A stretch of 64,000 nt of DNA from Cycas panzhihuaensis (taxonomy: Eukaryota; Plantae; Cycadophyta), in contig CM041465.1 in the NCBI GenBank assembly GCA_023213395.1, positions 153,519,741 to 153,583,740 of the forward strand, given 5' to 3'. The position numbers and the translations under genes are program-made. Position 1 is the stretch's first letter; the number at the start of each line of letters is the position of its first letter. Shown here piece by piece: positions 27,584-39,045 of this stretch. The notes below the pieces were generated by a model that did not search any database, was not told the DNA's origin, and worked only from the letters and a program-made list of their open reading frames with translations.

Positions 27584-30565
27584 TGTTGGAAAATAGACCC
27601 GCAATAAGATATTTACAAACAGAACAAAACATACCTCCACAGGATCAAAGGTACCTCCATTGTATTAACAAAACATCCTTACAACATGATTACAATATGA
27701 GACATTATGTTGTGTATTTATAGTACATGCCAATATAGAGAGAGTAAGAACCCACTTGCATGTGGGATAAAACAAATGTGCATTAATATTCCAACACTTC
27801 TTAATGCACATTTGGATCATTTGTACTTGTAACGCCTTGTCCTTGGAAGTGTCTCGAAAATGATGTCTTCAACTTGATCCTTGTCTTCAAATTTATAATG
27901 ATGTATTTGTCAGAGAATGATGTCTTTATCTTGATTTGTATCTTCAATTATGTACTGATGCCTTTGTAGGATGATGTCCTCAACTTGATTTCTATCTTCA
28001 ATCATGTAGTGATGATGTTGAAATAGCAACTCTAGCAAGTACAAATCATGATTCTTCATCGCATCTACCTAGTCCGATTTTGATGTAGACCCCAGAACAA
28101 CCATCTTTAATCACAACTTACTTGTCATAATTATCTTGTATAAACTCTTGATCACCATGTACAATAGTGAGTTCTTCAATCTTAGAGTGGAGTCTTGATC
28201 AACTTGCATACTCTTTGAACTTGAAACAATACTCAAAGAAGAAATATCATTCAAACTTGAATCAATACTCAAAGTAGGAATATCATCAATATAAGACTTG
28301 TCCTTTATAGAGCCATCGGATTCATATTCAATCTCCCTTGAAATCAATTCATCACTTTCAATGTCTTCATCTGTAATCTCATCAATGCATTCAACAAGAG
28401 AAGTTTCACAAGATTTAAACATTCTTCATCTTGACATGTTGTCTCATCACTGTTGATGATACTTTCTTCATTCGTTGTACCTGTACCATAACTAGCCTTA
28501 ATTACTTTTTCAATCATTCGTTGTGTTTCTTCAGGAGTTTGTTCAAATACTTCCCTTAGAAAATTCCAAGCTTCTTTAGCATTACTTGCATGTAGAATCA
28601 TATGAATAACAAAATGGAATTTGGAAGGAAGATCAATATCATTGAATGCAGCACGAATCATAATGAATGCTTTCCTATCTTTCTTCTCAAGCATTTCCTT
28701 TTCTTCTTTATCATTAGGGATATCATATTCATTAGGAATAATCTTCCATAAACCTCTAGCTATGAATAGACATCTCATTTTAATTGTCCAAAAGAAGTAG
28801 TCTTCACCATTGCACTTAGGTAATCGGAAGAAATGAATCCTTAAGTAATATTCATTTATTTCAGAGCATATATAACCACATCATTATCCTCCATGATTAT
28901 AAATACCATTTTCTAACACCATGTCCCTATTCTAATCAACAAATTCACCCATCAATCTCAACAAACTTTCTCATGTCTCATGTCCCTCATATCACTGACT
29001 TCATTATCACGCCATTGCCTTTATGCATCTCACATATTGCCAAATAGTCACATACAAAGAATATCTGAAGCGCTTTCTTCACCATAGAATCAAAGCTTAT
29101 ACCACATACGTCTCATAGGAATCATGCATACTTCATGTTACCATTAAATCACCAAGACACATCACACTTCACTTAATTGCCTAAAACACAACTCATGCCA
29201 TTACACTATTTAATAATTTTGCTTCCTTGCAACTCAGGTATCTTCAACAAGAAACTCATCCTTCTTTGCCCATTTAATCAACTAGAAAACATCCCTAATC
29301 TCATCCTCAAAACATGCCCAATAATTACCCAATCTTGTCATGTTAACCTCACATGCAACAAGCATCTCATCGCCTTTATATCACTATCTTTCTTGCCCTC
29401 AAATTAGTCTTATCATGCCCATAAAGTCCCTTCACATAAATCACATTCCAAGGATCACTAAATCACCATATGCCACCCAACTCATTAATGTAAACACATC
29501 CACCGCTGCTTCATCACCATACTATGTCATCATCACAATAGCTCTCTCATATGAACACATGTAAGAAGGTACTTAATTTTTCATTAAACAATCACCATCA
29601 TACACTTCAAATCACCAATAGAGTGCCAAATACATTCACATCAATATAACTTAATATCATCTCACTTGTAATAATACTCTCCCATGCACAACATATATAA
29701 GAGAGCCTCAAATAATCACTTCATTACCATTGCCTCATTCATGTCACCATATCAATATGAAACCCTTAAATTCCTAAAAACTTATTTCTGAAAATAAATA
29801 TAGCTCAAAAGTACATAAAATATGGATGGAAATGATGGCCTCTGAAATACGATTCCAACGGTTTAGATTTAAATTGAATTCGATATCCGATCAAAAGTTA
29901 CGCTCCTTTTAAGAATTTCACAATTAGGGTTTCTAGGCTATAATAGTACCTTCTAATAAATTGCTTATAACTTCTTATTATAAACTCTAATGAACCTCAA
30001 ACTACATCCATTAGAAAGATAATTCAAAAATACACAGAATAAAAAAAAAATTGAGGTCATTTGGATACCTGTAGCTAAAGTTATGGCTCCTTGAAGTTGA
30101 GGTTACAGATCTGTCCCAAAAATACGGCGACAGAAAAAATGCAGGCCGAAATTAATTCTGCTGCAATTTTCGCACTTTCACCCCAAAATCTATAGTGTGA
30201 CCACTCAAATTTTATGGAACGAACTATTTCGTTTCAATTTTGCTATTGCTTTTCAGAAATTTCAACGTTATGGCACCTCCCAAATCACTGCTCTAATACC
30301 GAACAAAAATACCTCTCTCAACCTGGGCGCTCTGATACCATGTTGGAAAATAGACCCGCAATAAGATATTTACAAACAGAACAAAACATACCTCCACAGG
30401 ATCAAACGGTACCCTTAAGGTACCTCCATTGTATTAACAAAACATCCTTACAACATGATTACAATATGAGACATTATGTTGTGTATTTATAGTACATGCC
30501 AATATAGAGAGAGTAAGAACCCACTTGCATGTGGGATAAAACAAATGTGCATTAATATTCAAACA
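27584..30565 (-). mobile_element. Young TR-GAG-like non-autonomous copia-type element D (2982 bp)
   Basis: LTRs 27584-27796 and 30341-30565 differ by one 12-nt indel and one substitution. Perfect TSD attca (27579-27583, 30566-30570) and perfect PBS complement gctctgatacca (30329-30340). Empty site in the paralog near 58368-58372. Confidence 0.95.
27817..28850 (-). pseudogene. Gag-like ORF of element D (Gag N-terminus, acidic linker, RNase H-tail-like repeats), frameshifted
   Basis: LPKCNGEDYFFWTIKMRCLFIARGLWKII...KDRKAFIMI...ASNAKEAWNFL is a copia Gag N-terminal pattern (ORF 28344-28778). It shifts into acidic ORF 28111-28422 and ends in three EDxxQxxDII repeats. No PR, IN or RT. Confidence 0.85.
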
Positions 30566-33500
30566 ATTCATTTGATCGCCCATGATTATTTTTCGTTGGT
30601 TGCCTATTCTTCATGTTGATATTCAATAGTCTTCACCCTGCTTGGTGGTCGAATACGATAGATTCATAGCTTATCTGTAGTAAATTGATGCGCCCCTCAT
30701 ATCACCCTTCCTTTGGTGTTCATCAGATATTTTCTACCGCCAGTATTCGCCTGTGAATCTTATATATGCCTACCTGCATGAGGGATATTTGTAGTAAACA
30801 CCTATGTTATAATCATTTATAGCCATATTTATATCATCACCAAAGCTTTAATATAATATGTTATATTTTCATTCAATATAAAGTCATTCGTATTGGTTAT
30901 ATTGTAGTCATCACCATTGTTCTTTTTCACTGTGATAATCGGATCACCTATTGCCGCCCTTCATCATGTCACCCAACATAGTCAATAACCTACCGCATGA
31001 TATATATACAACACACATTGTTCAATATGTGTGATAATGTTATGACGTGATGTTGTAGTCATGAATATATATCATAGTCACCGGTTACTTACAGTTACAT
31101 CACCCACCTTTGACGTTAATATCAAAGTCATACATATATCATAAATATATCATCAGGGTCATTTTTTATATTAAATTATCATGTTTTCTTTTTATTAAAA
31201 GCCTTTTTCTTAAACTCTTGATCATTTGAAGTTATATATGTTACCTTCATTAAGGTCGTTAATCTCTTGATTTGAAATTTTATCAACTCATTTTTTTGAA
31301 TGAAATTAAGGAGACCATTGATACATGAATTGGTTGGTTGATTTCTATTTATTATTAAGGATGAGATTATACTTTAAGTAAGAGGGCATATTATTGTAAC
31401 TGTCAATGCGATGTGAGTATGTATAAGAAAGGCTTATTTATGGTGTATTTAATGGTGATTGAGTACTTTCTTGCATGCATTTTACATGAGAAAGTTAACG
31501 AGCGACATGAGGTGCATCAGTAGCTCCTTGTATATGGTTACATTAGAGAGTGTTGGTGATGACATGGGTAATCTGAGGTGGAAATGTGCTCCTTGAGTGT
31601 ATTTTACATGAGGGAGTTTATGGGCGAGAAGATGGCGATCACATGGAGATAAGATACTTGATATGCACTTGTCGCATGTGATTACATGATAAGTTTTGGG
31701 CATGTTTTAAGGGAAATTTGAAGGCGAGATAACGGAGAAATTGGGCAAGAGTAAGGGCAAAATTGGGCAAGTTTAATGGGTAGGTTGAGAGAAGGTTTTA
31801 AGGGTGATGTTAGGTAAGTTTGATGGGAAAAATTGGGTAAGTTGAGACAAAGATAAACATGTTTGAGATACCTTATTTTCAACTTAATATAAACTCTATT
31901 ACTTTGGTTAGTGTGGCATTGATCATTGCATAAAATTTGTGATTTATATCATTATTCAGTGATAGAGTGTTCTTATTCAGTATGTATTCAAGTTTAGTTG
32001 CATCAGATGTATATGAGGTGATGAAGTTTAGAATTTACTTATATGATTGTCGTTTATGATGGATCATTATACTTTGCTTGTTGGACTATTAGCATAAGGT
32101 TTGTAGCCTGTTTGATGCTAGTTGAACATGGGTGTATATCTGAGTAAGTCTGTTGTAGAATCGAGAGAGTGTATTTGATGAAATTTGAAGTATGAATAGA
32201 AAGGTTTAAGATGAGATGCCTTAAAATCGCTTATGCCTTTGTCATGGTATGTACAATTAGCCTCTTCAGTTGCATTACATGTGAGTATCATGATGAAGAT
32301 GGTGAGGCTCAGACATGTTGTGGTTTGCCTCTTATGGTTTGATGGTAAAAGCTATAGCGGTGTTTGGGTACCCCTATCAGGACTGCTCGTGGCATAATTT
32401 CCCATCATATGTTGTGTTTGGACTAAGTCAAAGGCCTTCCATTTATTTCCATTAGTGCATTGATTGCACACATCTTGTAGATTAAGATCAGCATTGGGAT
32501 TCCAAGCATTTGAAGTATATGGGTTGTTTAGCTTACAAATAGTGTGATCTATAAGGAAATGCATTATGATCGCTTTAAATATTATAGAGTTATTGACGAT
32601 CATGTCAGGTATCATTTGGTTATAGGTTTTATCCTTCATTACTTCACTTTTCTGAGTCATTATTCAGCAGGTGTGGAAGTTTATTTGCCTAACATTGTAC
32701 TCGAGATAGAAGTACAACTTAGTGATAGACTGATGATGAGAAGCTGTTAGATGGTGGTACATGAATTGAAACCCCATATTCCATTAATAATTCAAGACCT
32801 ACAAGATGATGGAAGATCATAGATTAGCATGCCAATCAAAGCTTGAGATGGATACCAATGTTCTAAAGGAGTACGCATTCATAATGAAGAGCTATATTGA
32901 AGCAAGAACCTGGTCAGATTTACGATGTTGTGTAGGATTTCTAGAAGGAAGAAGGATTGAGGTATGATAAGACATTTGCACTAATCTCTATGTTGCTTTT
33001 GGTCCATTTGATCCTTACTTCAACAAATTTCCGCTTAGTTGGGCATATTATCATATCATATCAATGTTCCTTAACGAAGACTTAAAGAGGCAATTCACAT
33101 GGTTGGAGTGGCTCATCCTCTTAGTTTAGTCAAAGGAATATAGCTAAGTTGAACGGGCAAAGTATCAAAAGTGAGAGAGTTGTATGGTTGCAAGTCTGTT
33201 GGAGCACTTCTAAAGAATTGGGCACATACCAGGTATGGCACCATTACATCTAAGTGAAGATTGCTACATCGATGTTCATGCATATTGGATTAGGTAAGGT
33301 TATCCTTATAAGGGGATTTATTCCCAATGATAATCCTTGTTGACTCATATTTACATTAAGAGGGATGTTAGAAAATGTGTTCATACCACCTAATGTAAAG
33401 TAGGCCTTATATTTTTATGCCTAAGTATTGGGAGGAATAGTCTCGATTGTGGTGACCTAATGGATATATTTACAATTATATTTGATATTTTAGATCTATA

Positions 33501-34268
33501 AATATGGATCAAATTCTATCTTTGTAGTATATTATTTTGTCATAATATGAATATTATTCATTTGTGGGTTTTCACCTATAAGGGTTTTCCACTAATATGG
33601 TATCCCGTGTGATCTGTTTCTAATTGTTATCTGCCTAATGTGAAATATCCTATCAACCTTGTTTTCTTTAATTACATTTTCTAATAATATCTATAAAAAA
33701 GGTATAGATCATAGCTCTATTTTTAGTTTTCATGGATCCTAGTTCTATTTTTTATGATCTTATTACATCTAGTAATAAAGTTAAAGGTTCTTAATTCCAT
33801 CTCTTATATGTATGGTGCATATTGGAGAAACTCCATGAATTATCTCTCACATTCATCTATTGTCCTGTTTCCTTACTTCAAATCATTAATAGATTATGTC
33901 CTCCACTAAAAATATTATTAAAATAAATACTTTTGTTTGAAGTAGTTGATAAACTTGTTCTAATGCTTTTTTTTTTTTTTTTAAGTATTTGTATGTTCTA
34001 GATTCTACCTTAGATTTCTTTATATATGGTTATACATTTTCATTCCTTGGTGAAATTGTAGAGGTACAAAATCACTACTTAGTGGCCCTTACCTTGCATA
34101 TCATTATCCTTTCCACTCAACATGTGTATCAAATGGTCTTGCCTATTCCTCCTCATAACACATAGCCATGTGCATTGACTCATCCACGATTTTAGGCTTA
34201 TAGATATTACTTATGTTTTTGATGATTTCATTCAATCTACTTATAAACTTAGAGGTCTCTAATTTCAT

Positions 34269-37200
34269 CAAGGAGCTAAAATCAATCTATGATACCAAAT
34301 ATAGAAAAATAAACGATGGAGAATAGGGTAGAACATAAACATATAATTAATACATTATTGCATAAATAGAAAATCTTTTGTATTTAATCCATCTTTGAGA
34401 GAGAGTATTATAAATGTCCAAAAGTAGGCGGTGTCTAAATCCACTAGGGTTGCAGACCCCTCTAAATACATAGTTTAGGGGAGGAGGGGAACACCTCAAC
34501 CCCTAAAATTTAAATAATAATAAAATAATATAAACTTAACTCAAAATAACTTAACTCAAATTAACTCAAATCATCTTAACCTTACCTTATACTTACCTTC
34601 ACACGTGAGCACACACATGTGTAAATTGAGGAGAGTGAGGTGTGCACTCCTTGTTGAAAGGTGCAAGTGGGATGATGATCATTAACCCCAACATTCTCCC
34701 CCTTAATGGTCATTACGAACAACTTTGTTTTCTCTTTAAACTTATGAAATTTAAACTTAAATAAAACTTTGAAGATATATTTTATAACTTGATTTTTATT
34801 AATTTGCTTTATCTTTTTAGTAATATGTGTGTCTTTTCCATTGAGTGATGCAAAAAATCTACAAGTAAATATAGCTTGATTCAAATGTGGAGGTGTGGCT
34901 GCAACTTTGCCTTTAACTTCTGGAACTTTAACTTTATCTTTTGAAGTCTTTGTATTGTGAGTAATTGTCATATCATCATATTTCTCCCCCTCAAATGGAG
35001 GATTAGGTTATTGTGCAACAAGATGATCATGTATTTGACTTAAAATTTTCTTGGTCTTTTCATTACAATTCACATGTTATAGTACCTGTCTCTTATGTTC
35101 AACAATATCAATGTTAAATTCATTAAGGGTATATCCCCCATAAGTGTAATATAGGGTGTCCCATACAGTTTTGAAGGTTGTCATTTCACAAACTTTAGAA
35201 AATGCATTATCATCTATAGTGCAAAATAGTAAAGCAAGGGCTTCATTATTTTTTTTAGTCTTTTCCTTAATATTAACATCATATTCATCTTATAAGTATT
35301 TCTAAAGATTATGTATAACAAAATAATTTTGCATTGTCTTATGCCATAGTGAAAATGTATGGCCATCAAATATAGAAAATTGTACTTTATTAAGATTGAT
35401 TATCATTTTATAGAAAACTTTAGTACATAAAAATGAATATGCTTTTCCCAAGTCAAAGAACTCAATAAATGAATAAACTTATATGATGTCAAATATACTC
35501 TTTGAAAGAAATACAATGCCCTTTGAAAGTGAAAAACTGAAAGATACCTTTGGAAATTAAGTAAACTAAATGCAACTTTTATAGGTGCAATAATGAAATG
35601 ATATTTTCAACAAGGATGAATAAAAAAATGCATTTTAATAAGTGTATGCCTTTTGAATAAATGACAAACTTATAAGATATAATTTTTAAATTGAAACTTT
35701 GATAATAAAAATAAAGAATTCTTAACCTTTTAACTTTTCAAATGAATAAATACAAACTTTGATGCAAGAAATTCTTTGCCTTGAAGAAGATATATAAACT
35801 TAAAAATTGAAATATATATGTATATTTTTACTTTAGAAAAATAAAGAAGAAACTTAAAAATAAATAAATTGTACCTATTTAAGTTGTAGATCTAATTGGC
35901 TTATCACTTGCTTTATGATCAAATTTTGTAACAAAACAACTTAAAAGAAGCTTATATGAAATTCAAATGAGAGTTTCAAACATGTATCATAAGTGATCAA
36001 TAAGAAATGAAATAAAATACTCCTTAAGAAAGGGTTTAGAAGACAAGCCTATTAGGGTATACTAAATGCTCAAGTTTAGCAGCCAAAGTCGCATTTCAAA
36101 CAATGCCGTAATAAAGTAAAATTATACCAATTTGAAGATCAACGAAAAATTATTTAATGGAACCGATCGCTTTGAAAACGGTCCTCGTAAGTTAATATTT
36201 TAATGAACAAAAGAGTTAGTCCTCTTTTTTAAGCTTAACGGGAGCTTGGGGCTCAAAATATTATAAAAGTGATAGTAAAAAAATTGTAAAATAATAAAAA
36301 ATAATCAAATATAGTTTAGAGAGCTACTTAATATATTTTCAATTGAAAACATTTGAGAAATAGTATGTGTAAATATGAAATAATGACAAATTAGAGGCTA
36401 TTATTTACCTCAACTTTGATGGCTTTGAAAATCGTGAAAACACTTAAAACTTATAAATAATAGCGCTTTAAAGACAAGTGAGCTAAATTCCCAACGAAAC
36501 TAACAGATCTAAATTCCAATGTAAAAAAAAAAAAGTTATAATAGAAACAATACCAAGTATTTTTTTATGAAAATGTTTCAAAAACGTTAAAGTAACACTT
36601 TCATCGATTAAAATGATGATTAAAATAAATCTTAAAAATAAAATGAATAGATGGTGATGAATTTTGTTCATAATAGATGACTTCAAAATGGATCCGGGTA
36701 AAAAATAATCTCTTGGTGATAAAATATTATCTGATAAAAAAGGGATTTTATGAAAATAGTTTAAAAGGCTTTAAAAAATGAATGATTGACTTTAAAATGA
36801 CTAAAGACAGGTGAAATCAACTCCAAATAGGGCATATAATCAATTGAAATAATACGCTTAAAATTTTAGATGTAATGGAATAAGTTTCACAAAAACCGAT
36901 GAGCTAGTCAAAAGTTATGGTAAAAGTCAGGAGGTACCCTATATGAAATGAAAAAATAAAAAAAATATAAAAAGGAAAATATAATGAGGATTATGTTAGC
37001 CCTTTTAAAAATGGGCTAAAGGTCACATGAGAGCTTAGTAAAGCTAGGGGATAAATGCCAAATGGGGCTAGGGTTTTTAAACACTCGTATTCAAAATTAT
37101 ATATAATTTAATTTATTTTTTGTTAAACTTTATAAAAAATAAAAATAATGAAAGGTAATGGCTACAGAACCTACGCACAGCCTGCACGTGATGAATAGAG

Positions 37201-39040
37201 TGATGCAGAGGGTATTAACTTGGTCAATTTGATCAAATAATGCCATAAAAAGGGACGTAGGAGATTTGACACCAAAATCAAGTATAAAAATACTTTTTAT
37301 TTTGTGTTTTCTTTTTTTGAATATATATATATATGTGTTATGTGATAACAACGGCCGAATGTTGGAAACTGTGAAGATGAAGATAAAGAAAAACTCTCTT
37401 TAATTCTATATCTAGGTCAAGGTATGTATTCAGTAAGTGCTGAAGTAAGATAATCTAGATCTCATAAAAAAATTTCAAAAATATTTCAAGAAAATGTGAG
37501 AAAATAGTAAAAAACCTAGAAAACTAGGGTTTTAGTCTCTTTGGAGGCTAGATCTCCCTATACAGATCACAAAATGAGGCAAGATTTGGCAAGGAGCAAG
37601 GTATCTTAGACGGCCAGGTGTTGATAAAATTTCATAGCGATATGTTGCTTATACACTGAGAACGAGCTTACAAATTGAGTGGAGGCCAAAACAAAGTAGC
37701 AGTCGATCCAGATGAAATATCTTACTATCTGATCAACAAAAACTCGAACTGTCTATTTCACTGGTTTGCTGACTCAATAAGGATTATAACGGGTGGTCAC
37801 TTGCTAGGGTTTTGAGTGCCAGATCTATTGCATAAACTTGCCAAACATATAGGATCAAGTCGCCCAAAAATAAAAAAATGTGAAATAAAAAATAATATGA
37901 AAAAATTAAACAAATAAACTGTATAATATGTAAATTTTAAAATTTAACATGAACAATCAAACCAATATGGTCATAGACGTGTTGTAGCTTTCTAAAATCT
38001 GAAAAAATAGTGATATAGACAGTAAAATCTATAGTATAATTTCTCTAAGAGGCTTGTTAAGCTGAATATACACCAAAACTTGCACATATCTAAAAGAAAA
38101 AGCTTGAATAGATAGATCAAATATGCCAAAAAATGTCAAATATATGATAAAATATGAAGATATAGAGCAAATATTACATAGATCTAGAGAAAATATTACA
38201 AATCTGAAGAAAATATCAGATCCAAGAAAATATTATAGATCTAAAGAAAAATATTGAATATATAAATAAAATAAACAAAAAATAATCAAATATTTGATAA
38301 AATATGTAAAACTTGTTGATAAAACCTCTGTAGAGTGATAAAATCTTGAATACTTACTGATTACAACTATGTTCCCGCACAAATATGAAAAAATATCTGA
38401 AAAATATTTGGTATTTCATAAGTATAAATCAAGAATAATCAGATCTTGATGAAAAAATAATACAAAAGACTGCTAATAAACTTTGCAGAAAAGTAATATA
38501 ACCAATATTTTTTAGTTGTAAGTAGATCTACTTCAAATACTAATAAATTTTATTTCTTCTTAAAATAACTCCAAATGAAGGTGTAATAGACCAGCAATCC
38601 CGGCTATGATACCAAATGAAGGAGTTAAAATAGATCTAATGTTAAATATAGGAAAATAAACAATGGAGAACATCATAGAACATAAACATATAATCAATAC
38701 ATTATTATATAAATAGAAAATCTTTTGTATTCAATCAATCTTTGAGAGAGAGTATTACAAATGTCCAAAAGTAGGCAGTGTCTAAAGATACCAGGGTTGC
38801 ACACCCCTCCAAATATATAATTTGAGGGAGAAAGGAAACTCTTCAACCTCTAAAATTTAAACAATAATAAAATAATACAAACTTAACTAAAAAAAGATTA
38901 ACTTAAATTAATTCAAATCAACTTAACTTTACCTTATACTTACCTTCACATGTGAGCACCCACATGTGTAAATTGATGAGAGTGAGGTCTGCACTCCTAG
39001 TTGAAAGGTGGGAGTGGGGTGATGATCATTAACCCCAACA
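34269..39040 (-). mobile_element. Complete TR-GAG-like element B (about 4.8 kb)
   Basis: LTRs 34269-34693 and 38617-39040, TSD ttcat (34264-34268, 39041-39045), PBS complement gctatgatacca (38603-38614), PPT complement ttctccccctt (34694-34704). Gag remnant about 34700-35410 and about 3.1 kb of non-coding leader. Confidence 0.92.
38169..38258. repeat. Short tandem repeat, about 20-bp unit (gaaaatattacagatctaaa-like), 4-5 copies, in element B leader
   Basis: aaatattacatagatctagag / aaaatattacaaatctgaag / aaaatatcagatccaag / aaaatattatagatctaaag / aaaatattga. Confidence 0.75.
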
Positions 39041-39045
39041 TTCAT

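Larger units (their letters stand above)
26513..33686 (+). mobile_element. Non-autonomous LTR element C (old TR-GAG/LARD-like) with nested element D
   Basis: LTRs 26513-26835 and 33366-33686 (TGTTAGAAAATGTG...TTTTCTAACA/TA), PBS tggtatgagagc (26836-26847), PPT aagaggga, TSD atatg/atatc. Only a faint gag trace (KMRCL, about 32208-32225). Confidence 0.9.
21758..36196. repeat. Large segmental duplication unit, paralogous to 52162-64000 (continues past window end)
   Basis: Both start at 'gataaaaacaatgaaatttaag' and run colinearly through kinase, gypsy remnant, element C and element B. This copy has two extra insertions (25779-26414, 27584-30565) and two deletions. Confidence 0.96.

Noticed and set aside
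38169-38258. CRISPR-like array
   Set aside because: Degenerate head-to-tail repeats without unique spacers, in a plant retroelement leader.
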